A DNA stretch of 64,000 nucleotides from the NCBI GenBank assembly GCA_050575255.1, contig JBNZDD010013726.1, forward strand, positions 9,206,618 to 9,270,617, in the 5' to 3' direction. This DNA comes from Harriotta raleighana (lineage: Eukaryota). The translations under genes and the position numbers were made by a program. How positions within the stretch are numbered: the stretch's first letter is position 1; each line of letters begins with the position of its first letter. The notes beneath the pieces were generated by a model. That model searched no databases, was not told the DNA's origin, and saw nothing but the letters and a program-made list of their open reading frames with translations. This document shows positions 37,323 through 50,460 of this stretch, in pieces.

Positions 37323-37659
37323 TTTTACTTCCTTTCTCAATTATGCTCACAATAAACCTTCCCCTCCCAGATCAGAATCTGCCAATGGGATACTATCCTG
37401 CGTGAAGGACGCCATATAAATGCAAGTTGTTGCACTAACCAAAATGGTAGCCCCATTTTTGTTTGCCTCCAAGATGTTGTTTGGTGTTATTTCAGACAAG
37501 AGTATTTTCCCCAGTCGGTTTACGTGGATGAGGAAAAGATAAGCAAGTTATCAACTTGTGAGAGCAGAATTGGAGGGAATTTTTAATGGGAGAAAATCCC
37601 TCCACCTCACCCCCTTCTTTTCCATTTTCGGGTCGCATCTGAAGAACTTTTTTGTTCGA

Positions 37660-37758
37660 CCGGGGCTTTTTACCTCCCCCCTCCCTCTGGCCCAGCCTCG
37701 GGCTCTGCTCTTGTGAAGCGCTCTGAGACACTGTCTGGCATGGAGGGCGCTATACAAA
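37660..37758 (+). mobile_element. L2-type 3' end
   Basis: CCTCGGGCTC...GAAGCGCTCTGAGACACTGTCTGGCATGGAGGGCGCTATACAAA. Confidence 0.6.
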
Positions 37759-40104
37759 CCAATTTTGCACCATTCAGCCTTGACTTTCTTTGCTACAAAG
37801 ACTGCCTTGTATTTCCCCCCAACCCCATCAATCCAATCCCAACAGTACCAAAATAATGTGTCCGGTGGAGTATTTGTTTATTTCAGTCTGCACTTACATT
37901 GTCCACAACTATCTTCAGATAGGAGATAATCAATGAAGCAGTGCAATACTTACTAATAGTCTGTACTACATATTCACTGCTCCACAGGGAGGAAAATGTT
38001 CGACTAATCTCTAGTTCTGCTTTAAGATCTTTTTATTTTAAACGTATGCTCTTTAATTCTGTTCTCACTATCGGAGACAAATCGTACTACAGTAATATGC
38101 ACCAATATACCTTATCCACACAAAGAACGGAGAACAGCCCTATCCGCTGGATGCTCAGTGTCTTAAAGTTCATACCAATTACCAAAAATTGTACTCAATA
38201 ATAGTTTATTTTATAATGATTTGTAGATGAGAATTTGATCATTGCAATGCGTTGGTCACATGTGTGGGTTGTAGTAATCCTTTGTGACCATGATCATGAT
38301 AAAGTCAAGTTTAACATTTTTATTCAACATAAAAATCTGAAATTTCCATAATTGCCCTTCATTCTAGGTTGGAACATTTACGACAAACAACAACAAACTA
38401 CTTTTGAATCCTCCAGTCTCTCTGCTCACATCAAGCTATTCATGTTTCGCAGTCAAAAGGGCTGTTGCTGAATAGCTGTTTCCACCGAGATTCGGGAGAA
38501 TGACTCAATGATAACTCTATTGGTTTTCCATCTTCCTCGACAGAAAGCATCTGGCAACCATTTGTCAACCCTCTATAACAGTACAGCTGTGATTAAAAGT
38601 CCTGCGGTGTAGGGATTGAACTTACAGCTCCCCACCCTCTGCCTTTGTGCCACAGTGAGTAATACTAATTGTTTACCACTGTACTGCCTGTAAATGTTAT
38701 ATTACAGGCAAGTTTCAAAGTTAGTTTATTCCAGGATTGAGAGGGCTATTATGTGAGATCAGCATAAGTAAATCACGTGTTCTATAACTGCATTCCTATT
38801 GCAGGGTTAATTGAAAGTGGTTGACATTTTATTTTGCGCCAGGTTTAGAAGATTAGACGCAAGCATTCAAAAATTGAACGTAGCATTTTTAATTTGGTCG
38901 TTATCAAACAAGATTTGTTCCAAGTGTTCCACTATATTTAAAATAGAAACCCAAGACCGAATGCAGCACTGAATGACTTTTTTCAAATGACAATTAAAGA
39001 CAGAATTTAAACACAGGCTATTAGGCATTCACAACACATTCATTATATCTCAAATTCTTTCCCACACTAAACATGATTTTTTTTTAAAACAGGATTTAGT
39101 TTGCTTCAGCCTTCAAGCTTCAAGAATAGATAAATTCAGGGCAATTTCGACAGAATTGCTGGTTCTAATCCTGTACTGTTTATAATGAAATCATAGGCAA
39201 TGTTAGGCACATGGTCAATGCTTGAAACTTCTGGCCACCACAGGGATCACAGCAACCAGGGAACAAAATACTGTATCAAATCTCATTTCCTACAGTGAAC
39301 TTGTCAGCCCCAAGGTACTGTATATCAAATGTTTTAAGGAGTCTTTCCATCAGCTCGCTGCTTGCAATTTTGCACAAAATGAAAGTGACTTGCCATTTAT
39401 AAAGCAAACCATGAAACCTTTACTAATTTCAGAGATTGTTGCATGAGAGACCCAATAGACTAAGCACTTAAGTACTTGTAGACATGTACCTACAAGTGCA
39501 AATTATTGTTGCAGCATCTTCTCCTGGTGATTAAAATATGCCATTTAATATTTAAAGGGAGATTTGTTTGGAACAGGCGCACAGCCGACCTTAAAATCTC
39601 CCTCCCACACCCAGTTAATCAAATCGACTTTATTTTTCATTTGAGCTTTAATTCTATTTTGAAATGTCCAGCGAATATAAGCTTTTGATCACAAATTATG
39701 TGTGTGAAAATCCTAGAAAACATCTACGTTTATGAGATCGCCATGCCTTTAAATGATTCACTAGGTGTGGGTGGCAAGGTCATGCCTTGTCTGGGTTAAT
39801 TCTCTTGAACGGCATACCAGGCACTTTTTCTCCTTTTGGACTAAGTAGGAAAGGCATCACACAGTGGGAATAGCATTTGCCTTGGACCTCATCTGAACCA
39901 AATCAAATATCTTTTCTCAGTGCAGAAACGACTGCTCGATAACATGTTTGACAGTAATTTGTTTCATTTTTGCTTTTGATGAGGAGATTCACATTCTGAG
40001 CTGGAATAGATTTATAACTACTGTTGTTGCCATCTACTATGGAGAAAAATCAATGCCAACTCTTACTATTCCATTCAACACAATGTGATGGAAAGGTATG
40101 CTAT

Positions 40105-40620
40105 ACTGAGCAAATTTGCATTTATGCAGCTCCTTAAAATAAATCTCAAAGCCTGTGGCAAACGTAAAGGTTCACACTATGTAAGGAACAGACAGATTTA
40201 AAGATGTTGACCAAAGGCACGGATCAAAGAGATATGTTGTTAGCAGGCTTTTGAAAGAGAGAAAACTATGAAGAGCAGTTATGGAAGTGTGGTTCCTGAG
40301 GACAGGGGCGATTGAAGGCTTGCTAACAAGTGCTGAAAGAAAGAAGATGGAGATTGAGCAATAAATAGATCAGATTCAGAATAACAGGGACCACCGTAAC
40401 GTGGGGCTGCAGCAGACTGAAGAGAGAATGAGGCAAGAAAATAGAAGGATTTGAAGAAGTCAAGGATCTTAGATGTTAGTTTTCAGATAGTGTGAGCTAA
40501 TGGAGCTTGGTGAGTAAGGATGAATAGGTGGATCAAGCATTGTGTGCGAAAACTTGAGCTGCAAAAGTTCTGGATCAGTTAAGAGGGTGAATATGGAATA
40601 GCCGGCAAGGAAAACATTAG
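40105..40620 (-). mobile_element. Ancient L2-like fragment
   Basis: TTGCATTTATGCAGC tail followed by a purine-rich body (AGGCTTTTGAAAGAG, TTGAAGGC, GGATTTGAAG) as in L2 3' regions. Confidence 0.5.
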
Positions 40621-40965
40621 AAAATATATGAACAATAGGGGCTAAGAATTCTAGAGGTATTTACATTGCAGGTAAATCATAGAATTAAAAAGTTTGCGAG
40701 GAATTAGACATTTGGGAATTCTATTCTTCAAGATTATTCAATTGAACTGATTCCATTGAAAACATCCCGAATGTCAGACATTATTTTGAATTTACTTTAG
40801 TACTGTATTTCTTGCAGTTTAAAGTCTATTGCCAAGCAAGAGAAAAACACACTTGGATCGTTCTTTGACTTTAGTACCAAGTTTCATGCTGCTGTAAGAG
40901 TTCTCACTGAGCTGAGTACTTAATATCAGTACACAGACTAATTCAGTTCATTATTATAATAAATC

Positions 40966-41063
40966 AAAATAATCCTTGCCATTTGATATAGGGCCTTATC
41001 ATGTTTTCAAGATGCCTCAAAGTGATTCACAGAATATATTGTAAAGTGGCTCTCTATTTGTGG
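40966..41063 (-). mobile_element. tRNA-SINE tail fragment
   Basis: AATAATCCTTGCCATTTGATATAGGGCCTTATCATG...CACAGAATATATTGTAAAGTG. Confidence 0.75.
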
Positions 41064-41821
41064 AAAGTATATTAAGGGGCTGATTCACTCAAACGTGCGA
41101 TTTTCAAGTTCAATATTATAAAAGCCTTATAATATATGTAGGCCTTGGTGGAAAATTTCAATATAACTAAAAGTTACTTGTTTGAAGGGGTAAAATGGAT
41201 TGGACTTCAGCAACAATTACAATGGATGAAGAGGATCAATAGCAAAGGTTAAAGCAGAGGAAAAAGATATCGCCTTATTCCTGGGTAAGCAATAGATGAA
41301 TTTCTTAGGCATATTAGAAACAAGTGGATTTTGGAAGCAATAGTTTCAATTGGGAACAAATATTGGATGTGTGTAAATGGTATCATCATATATGGAGGGC
41401 TCCCTGGTGATTCCAGCTGTTCTGCTTGTAGTAGTAAAAGTCACAGCACTCATCAATCTTTAACCACCAGTTCATTTCAAACACCGGGAGATCATTTCTC
41501 TCTTATTAGCCAAGACATCATCTCCTCTGTACTCAGGAGGCGACTGATATATCCATCCTGGGGGGGTTGATTGTTTTCTCATTTCTCTAAAAAACTAATA
41601 TTTTCTACTATTGTTCCAACAGCAACTTGTATTTACATAGTGTGCTTCACTTGGGGCAGTGTTCCCGAGAGCTTGACGGATATGGAGCCTGATCTGAGCT
41701 GGGGGAGGGGAGGGGAGGTGACTGGAAGCAACAGTTTCCTTAAATGCCGAGTGCAAGGGATTCCAAAAGATATCACATCAGAGGCACTTCATTGAGGATT
41801 CTCAGCTCAAAGAATCTCTGA

Positions 41822-42132
41822 AATAATAATAATCCTTGCATTCGATGTAACGTTTTTCACAACTTCTAGAGGTTTCAAGGCACTTCACAGAATACACTGT
41901 AAAGTGAATTGACTGTGTATTTGTGGGGGAAAGGCGACTGCCAATTGCGCACAGTAGTGTGCCACAAAGATTCGTGGATTTAAGTGGCCAATTTATCATT
42001 GTTTTTGATTTTGGGGGATTATTATCGGACGTGTGAAGTAAGGAATCTTGCCCAAGGTTTCGCCCTGCTGGGAATCAAACCCAGGTCTTTTGCTTGTGAG
42101 GCAAGTGGTCTAACCTCTGAACTACTGCCTCC
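41822..42132 (-). mobile_element. Full-length tRNA-derived SINE
   Basis: Runs from the tail AATAATAATAATCCTTGCATTCG to the head GGGAATCAAACCCAGGTC..GTGAGGCAAGTGGTCTAACC (B and A boxes on the minus strand). Confidence 0.9.
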
Positions 42133-44299
42133 ACTGCAGGCAGTAAACACACCAGAAACATATCAACTGCTTATTTTACTTGTCCCCAATGTACATGTTT
42201 ACCCAGTAAATCCTCACTTATTTATTGTTTGCAAGGATCCAGAAATGGTTAGTTCACCATACTGTACTGGCAAAATGAAGCATACCTTTTGCTCATGATA
42301 CATCTTTGGTTCCTACTGACGTTAAAAAAATTTTTTTATTGTCCAGGCAGCAGTAAATATTTTATAGCCTGTACAAAATTGTTACAGGACATATAAAGTT
42401 GAACAGGCGGTAAAACCCATAATCATTCATTTGTTGTANAATTTGTTGGGAGTGGCTTCTTAAGAGTGGATTTGCATGAAGGGCAATATTTAGTGCGGTG
42501 AGTCTAAAGCTGGGAAATGTCACCTTGCCAAAGGGCTATCACCTTTGCTGAATTTTATTCTCGGTTTAGTTTTACCCTCACTGTCAATATTATTTGAGAA
42601 CCAATGTATTTTGAATCGTTATGGAGGTGAGAATTTAATCATGAAACTCATCATAGAGCAACTAAGAACTTGTTTTAAACGCAGTTGGTTCTGGTGCTAG
42701 TTCTCCAAACTTCTGTACTCTGCCTTGGTGGCAAACCTCTCCATATGAAAGGATCTCTACTCAGTTAGATGCATTGTGCACCATTATTTTTCACAGAATC
42801 CCACTTATATTTCTTGTTGTAGTGCCAGTGATATCCCCCTATGCCTGACCCCCTCAAGTAGAATGACTTTAGGGTTGATGTTGAACTATATATAATTCAG
42901 GAAGGGTAACATCTAACATGAATTTTAGTCCTTGAATTTATGAAGTACTTTGCCATGAGAAGTCAAAATTGCTCTTCATAGAATACAAGATTTTGTTGCT
43001 TAGTATGTGGCTGGAATTTAAACAATCGCTGTATCAAAAGTTGAAAAACACATCATTGAGAGCAACAGTGAGAAAGGAAATTGAGTGGAATGTTTCGTTT
43101 AGAGCAGTGGCAGCCAAACTTTTTAGTTGGCGAACCAAAATGTTTCTGGATTGAATATTTCTTGATTTATGGCATTAACCCATGCCATTTTCTATGATTA
43201 TTTTGTTGGCTAGCTAACCAAAAAAGCCAACCATGAAATAGGTTCAAGATGAAACTGTGATTACAGAGAGTCAAGGTATACAAGGAATGCAAGTGACTAC
43301 AATTCAGTACTCAGAAAAGGGACAGATTAATGGCCTTTTCCAACCTATAAAATGAGAAGGTAAACTGTACCAAAAACCACAACTTTCATGTATATAGCAC
43401 TCTTCACACCCAGAGCGCTTATAATTAAATTGGGACACTATGTACTGGTCAGTAAGTAACTCGCTTTCTAACTCTCCCAATATTTGTCGGTCTATTTCCC
43501 CAGTGCTTATGCTCTCATCCTCACAGACTAACTGCTAGTCCAGATACTGCTGAGTCAGGGCCAGCATGATCGTGCATGTTAATGGGGACTGAAAAGCTTC
43601 ATTACACGATGGCGTAAATCCCTCATCATTAGAATACAGTTAAGAAGAACAATGGGGAAGAGCCTAATGGTCCAAATACTGAAGCAGGATTTATTTTTGG
43701 CAAGCTAACTGCAGTACAGTTAATGAATATGAGCTTTTTTTTTTAAAACAGTGTTATCAAAGGTAATCTCCAGAGTTCTGCAATATTCACCGAGCTTCTG
43801 CTTGTGATGTTGGGTTTGTTCTCTGTTTGGTCCTTATTGCTCCTATTCCCTCAGGACTGGTATTCTGAATGGCATGCTATTTTCTCACCAACAAATGTTG
43901 TATTATTCAGGACAGACACTCCTAATTCGATGACATGAGCCTACCCTACTCCCTGGTAAGCATTCAATACATGGACTTCAGACTCTTGAGGGCTGAATCC
44001 TTTTCCTATATTCCTGACTATTATACCCAATCTTCGAAAAAAAAGACCTACTCTTCTTCCCACTACTGAGGCAGAGAGCCCAGCAGAGGGAGGAGGGAGT
44101 TGAGTGAAGTGGAATGGAGTGAGAATACTGTGAAAGAATTTGATGAGAGTGGGAATTTGGATTAGAGGGGGGAAAGAGGTGCATAATTATAAGATGCATA
44201 ATCGCTATCTTAAAATATATAAAACATATCTACGAATATGGCAGGGCAGTTGCATGCACAATATGAGTCATGTTGGAACTGCAGAATACCTTGTGTGCT

Positions 44300-44565
44300 C
44301 TGGTGCCAGCCACGATAGGAAGAGGGGTTGGGCAGAGCTGAATTTCCGAGCGTGTGACTGTCACAAACGGGTTCTGTGTACTGAATACCGGTGAGGATGA
44401 TGGCACCTCTGGGGGAGGGGAGTCACAAGCAAATGGATGCACAGGGGGAGGCAGAGGGAAGAGCATCCATACAATCGTCATTGGGCACACAATGGTGAAA
44501 GGAGTAGACAAGCGTTTCTGCAACCAAAGCCGTGACTTTCACATGGCATGTTGCCTCTGCCTCCA
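44300..44565 (+). mobile_element. CR1 LINE ORF1 fragment (esterase/SGNH-like region)
   Basis: ORF 44354..44575 reads NGFCVL...TIVIGHTMVKGVDKRFCNQSRDFHMACCL, matching the CR1 ORF1 pattern VIGDSIVRGTDRRFC...RMVCCLPG. Confidence 0.78.
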
Positions 44566-45334
44566 CAAGGTGTGACAAAATGCGTTTAACATTAATAAAA
44601 CAGAACAACTTTATTACGAGCCCGTACATCGTCTGCCTGGTGACACAGATACAAGAGAATCTCCATTTCACCCAGATGAAATGTTCCAAAGGAGATGTCT
44701 ATGCACCTTCAAAACAATACAGCATAACTGATGGTGTCTGAAGTAAAATGACTCCTTTGATCATGTAAATCAAAGGATGGCTTTTGCTTGAACACAGTAG
44801 GCTATTATCTGCTACTGTCATGCATAATAAAGAATCATGGGGGGGGAAAAAAAACATAGCTTTCATAAGATAGCCTGAAAAACGCAATTATTCTCAAACA
44901 ATTACAATACAGTATTGCAAAGACGTTTTGTGGAAAGGAATTAATTCGAGTTATCTTACCTGGTGGAATATTACATGTTGGTCTATTGGTACAAATTGGA
45001 ACTTAGCGAGGCGAAATTCATAAAAAGCTGCCAAACAATGAAGTCTGTTCTCGAGATACCTATCCCAGACTTTTGAGAAACTGTACACTTGGAAAATAAA
45101 GGACATTCCAGCCAGCATCAGTCTGAAGGTGCAGCTATGGAATGAAAAGTGTTCAAATGAAGAAAACATACGAGACCTGCCATTGAGCAAGTCCAGTTTG
45201 AGCTGTGTGATCTTAAAGTCGCCTTCTTTTGTCCTTTTTTGCACAGTTAAATATGTCGGTGAAGTTGGCAATGTAACAATTCTGTGAGTCTTCCTACCGA
45301 CTTTTTGTTCCACAGCTTTCTGAAGTTGCCAAAA

Positions 45335-45512
45335 TGATTATTATCGTTGCATTTGATGGAGCACTTTTTTACATCTTCAAGATGTCCCAAAGCGCTTCAC
45401 AGAATACACTGTAAATTGAATTGACTGAGTATTTTGTGGTGAAATGCAGCAGCCAATTGCACACAGTAGTGTGCTACAAACAGTCGTGGATTGAGTGAGC
45501 AATTTTATTTTT
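45335..45512 (-). mobile_element. tRNA-SINE 3' fragment
   Basis: TTGCATTTGATGGAGCAC..GTCCCAAAGCGCTTCACAGAATACACTGTAAA..GCAGCCAATTGCACAC. Confidence 0.85.
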
Positions 45513-46091
45513 ATTGAAGGAATTATAACCCGCCAGAAAAGTGATCTGCCAATCGACTAATAATTGCCCTAGATAGAAGATTAATCTGCTCATGAGTTAA
45601 GAAGATCTGGTCAGATTTCAATACTTCAAATCTTAATTGGTTGGTAGAAGATTTAGAAAATGACAAATGAGAAGATAAACAAATTGGTGTGTTCAAAGCT
45701 CCTAAAATAGATAGCGGCGGGGGCAATCAAGATGCTTTTCACAGGAGGATAAAACAAATAATGGTGAGGAAAATGGACAAAAACAGAAAGATGTAAACAC
45801 AAGTTAAAATTCCTTGGGACATGCACATTTTTTTTTACAAACATAAAGATGCAAGTCAAGGGAATTTCTGATCGCAGTTGAGGTGCTCGAGGCCCAGGTT
45901 AGTGATCTACTATCTAAACATTCCCCACAACATACTCAGGCACCAGCAATAGAATGGATGTGGATGTGGATGTTGGGTGAGAATAGGATGAGGATCACAT
46001 GTTTCCTGCCATCACTGTTAAGGATCTTACACCTTCATGAAAGGGTGAAGGAAGAAAACTGGAAGAGAAAAAGAATGACAAATTCTCAGCA

Positions 46092-46521
46092 TCTGGCTGG
46101 CTCAGTGGCAGCTGTCTTGACTCTGAGTCAGAAGGTTGTAAGCTTATGCATCATATCGGGACTTGGAATCATTCGAGCTGGTAGTCTAGAGCAATCCTGG
46201 GGGATTGTTGCAATGTTTGCTTGATTCTTGTCCTTCTGATGAATGTAAAACCGCGGTTTCCTTCTGCCTGCTCATCTGGACATTAAAGATCCTATGTTAC
46301 TGTTTGAAAAGAGAATATAGATTTCTCCTGGTATTTTGACCAACATTTCTGCAAATATAATTGGTCATGCATTTCATGGCTGTTTGTGGGTCAATATTAG
46401 TCATGGTAGTCAATTTGTCCACAAAAAAAGTCAAACCATTTTACAGTACCTTATATCCTGTGAAGCATTTCGATACTGACATGATAAGATGCTATATCAA
46501 ATGTAAAGATTGTTATTATTA
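46092..46521 (+). mobile_element. Full-length Deu-domain SINE
   Basis: TGGCTCAGTGGCAGC..CTGAGTCAGAAGGTTG head, TGGACATTAAAGATCCTATG..TCTCCTGGTATTTTGACCAACATT Deu domain, and the tail GCTATATCAAATGTAAAGATTGTTATTATT. Confidence 0.82.
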
Positions 46522-49500
46522 CAACATTTTAACTCTAATACTGAGTAATTATTTATTGCTCTTGAAGAATAAAGTGAAATCTTAATCAATAATTGACCAG
46601 GAGAATAGAATATGAGGAGAAAGGCACAAATTTGGGAGTAAACCAACTGATGTTCCACTATTTTCTGCATTAACTTCCCATTAACTGGTAACATTTCCAT
46701 TTACTACAATGTTTAACGTTTTTGAAAAAAAAATAAGATTTACAATTAGACTGAATTGTTCTGCCAATAGGATTTGACATGGTCAGGTGTCACACAGCAA
46801 ACTGGACATCAAAAAGTCAACGATCTCTATACAGGCAAAAAGTCCCATTTATTTAAATTCTGAATACTGTATACGAATTACCCCAGCTATCAAATTGGCA
46901 TCCAATCACTAAACGGGTGTCCTAATAGCTCAATCTTTTCAAAAGTAGAACTGCAGACTAGAGACCTTGATTAAATCGTTTTTCCTCCAGTTTCTCATGG
47001 ATTTCCACTTTCAGAGTTTTTCAAGCAATAACCTGTGTTTGCTGATTGAACTTGTGCAGAGAGCGATAGCTCAGATACCTAAATACCTTGGAGTAAACTG
47101 CTCCTTTTAGAATTTTTTTCTTTGCACAAAAATTAGATACAGTACCAACAGCACAAATGATTTTTCCTTGAGCATTACTTTCATTTTTTAATTAGATCTT
47201 CTCTGCATTATACCCATGGCACAGGGAACTTGAAAGGCTGATTTTAATCCAGTGGAAATCAATTTTTTTTTAAAATGTTGATTCCACATTCCATGTATGA
47301 GGTGAATGAAATAAGGAAAGTCAAAGCTTTTCTTTAAAAAAAAGTAAAATAGGTGGAAAGGGAAAGTACGAAGAACAGAAATTGAATGGGTCAGAACCTA
47401 AAAATGGAAAGCCCTTTAAATGTAAATCTACATTTAAAAAAAAGTTGAGCGTTATTTGAAAATCATTTTCATTTATTAAAATAAGATTTTTAAACGTCCT
47501 GAAGTTCTACTTGTTGTGGGAATATCTGTGCTATCTTAATATTATTAGCATGGATTTCCAACAACTTAGTGTGACACATATCTGGTTATCTGCAGTTTTG
47601 AGATTATTGGAATATAAAACATAAAATTTTTGGAGTGATTCCTGCATTTCAGAGGCTAATGAGTAACATTTTGTCTGCCGCTAAGTGACTTTAAGAATGC
47701 ATACCTCTTTTGGAAAAATCACTTAAGGATATCTCATCCAAACTAATCCAGGAATTGAAACTGCCTCTCAATACTTGAAATAGCAATGCTCCTTTAAAGA
47801 CCACTTAAAAATCAAAAATCAAAGTTTTCATAAACTTTTTGCCCAGTTCACTGTTTCTAATGACATCTGATGAGCCAGGGCAAAAATCTAAACTTTGAAC
47901 AGTTTAAAAATGCCTAATGACAGCTAGAACTAACTAAGATAATTATACTTGAGCAACATACTCTGGCATAGAACCAGAAAGCTGTCAAATTTTGTCCAGG
48001 CTGCTTGCCAACTTGAAGGTATTATTATTATATACATACTCATAATGCAGGTGTCAAGAGAGCACACTGCACGAAAGGGATGAGCTATTTTTTTCCCTGC
48101 TAAACTTCACATAAGTTTAATTCATTTAAATTCTGTTATTGTACTTTCTTCATAGAACTATAGATCTTGCTTCATCTGCAATTAAACATAGTGAATGTCA
48201 AATGTGTGTGAGGCGGAGTTCTGGCACATCACATCAGAGTGAACTTCATACATTAACTACAAAAATAAATATGCATACAATTTGGATTTGTTCCTGTGTA
48301 TAATTGCAAAATAATGACATCTACCATTAAAACTGATAGCCTTGGGACTAATTTATTGCTGTATTCAATATTTGAATGGATCCAGGCATGATGTACCGAA
48401 TCATGTACTGTATATCCTCTCCCAGCAGCCAAGCACCCCCCACCTCCCCTCACACCATATGTGACTGATACTGTTTTCAACTTTCCCTGAAGCCATCCAT
48501 GATATGCCAACAAAGAAACTGGGATGCAACCAAATAGCATAATTGATATCAGATCCGATCTTCCTCAGCAAAATATATGAATGCATAGTGAGGTTTCAAA
48601 TATCCAGACATCATTGCATTTGAATTGTTATTGTGGTAAGATACTGCAAAATATACAGTAATACAATTCAATGAATAAAATATATACAATCTTAAGTTCT
48701 GATAGTAAAAAAAAGTTGTGTGCTCACGTTATCATGAATGATACGCCCAATTATATGGAAATTATTGTAGGCTAAACATTGACCTGACATAGTTATTTTT
48801 CGTGGAAAAATTGCTACTCTTAAAAGTCCAATAATCATTTTTGTCAGCTATGAAGCAATCAGAAATTAACCCCAAGGAGGGTTTGCTGCAGGCCATTGAA
48901 CTCCAAAAACATGATGTAAATTTTATAGCTATCTCTGATTTGGCATTGTAACGTTCATCACAGACACAGTATAGAATCTAGGTGTGAAGCCGAGTTGGGA
49001 GTGAGGCAGCTATAGGACTGAGTATCAATTTTTAATTACAAACACTATTTTTCAGCTCACAGATAAGGAATTCAACAATGTCCATCCTCCCTGGAGCACA
49101 TGCTCTGTGAGAATAATGCAGTGTTAGTTAAAGGGAACGCTCTCAGCATTTTACTTTCTTCAGCAATGTTAAGCATAGTCCCCTAAGGTGTACTTTTTTT
49201 CAAATATTTATCCATTACAATTCAGAAGCAGCAGATAGCGAGATTAAAGGATTGCCCTGGAGTGATCATTTTCACTGTTATGTACAGTCGTTGCTCCAGA
49301 TGGTAATGTTTATTAAAATTAAAATCTCGGGAATGTTATCTAAGACAAACTCTTGGTTAGTAGGATACATATTCCAGTACATTTAATATAGATTTGATTA
49401 GTTTTCATGTTCCTACATTGGCATTTAAACATGGCAATCTGTCTCGATAACCCATGGGAACTCCAATGTCATTTATTTCTGTTGCGGATTTCCATCAGGC

Positions 49501-50219
49501 CAACACTAAGCACTTCTGGTTAACAGCCCGAGTTGCAGTTTGAGATTCCTGTTGCCATGTTTTAGAGTCTGTCAGATTTACAAGCACATACGTGTGGTAT
49601 CCTACAAATTGACGGATGTGTATTATAAAAGCTCTATTGCACCTCTGTCAAAAGATGTAATCAAGAACAAAATCTACAAAGCGAACAAAGTTAATAATGT
49701 TACCAACTTGGTGTCCTCCACAAGCCCACTTTAGAGCAGGTGTAATCATGATCTATGCTATCACTACAATTTTCTACCAGACAAAATCAAACTCACCAAA
49801 GTGAAAGCCCCGTGCTTGTCTCTTGAAGACCCAGACTTCACAACTGAATGATTCACCTTCATCACTCTCACTATTATTAACTATCTTCTTGAGTAATTAA
49901 CAGAACAAAATGCACATTATTGAACATTTATTAGATGTGCTGTGGGATTTTTTTCTGCTAAATGACAGTAATAATCAGGAACAACCTATCCTTTCTTGAT
50001 AAGGCATTAACACTTCCCCCCTCACCATCCCCCCCCATAATCTCATGAAGCAATTTCAACGTTAAGAAAACACTTTTACGGTACCTAATAATGCTGTCAA
50101 ATATGAAAAGTGAAATGGAAAGTTAACTTTAAATGTTTCAATTCCTCTGGAAATTCAAACAAAAATAATAAATTCTGGATTTCAATTATTTTTTCAATGT
50201 TCTGTCCATAAGATTGGTT

Positions 50220-50460
50220 TTGGATGAAGAAGGCCATTTAGTCCATCTGATCCCATCTTCCCAGAAAACCTACACAACTATCCTTTCACTACAACCTCAA
50301 ACTGCATGAAACGAGTCCCGAGTCCTGGTATCATCACCATTCTGGCCAACCTGATCCAGTTGTTAATTACACTTTGCAGTAAAAAAAAAGACTTACCGAT
50401 ATCTGTCATGAAATTGCTCTTTGTGATTCTACACACATATTCTCTTGTACATCCAAAAAT
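50220..50460 (-). mobile_element. CR1 3' end remnant
   Basis: The minus strand reads TREYVCRITKSNFMTDIGKSFF..QSVINNW.RL (TRGH..K..RFR....K.FF.QRV.N.WN.L-like) with a GACTAAATGGCCTTC tail. Confidence 0.65.
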
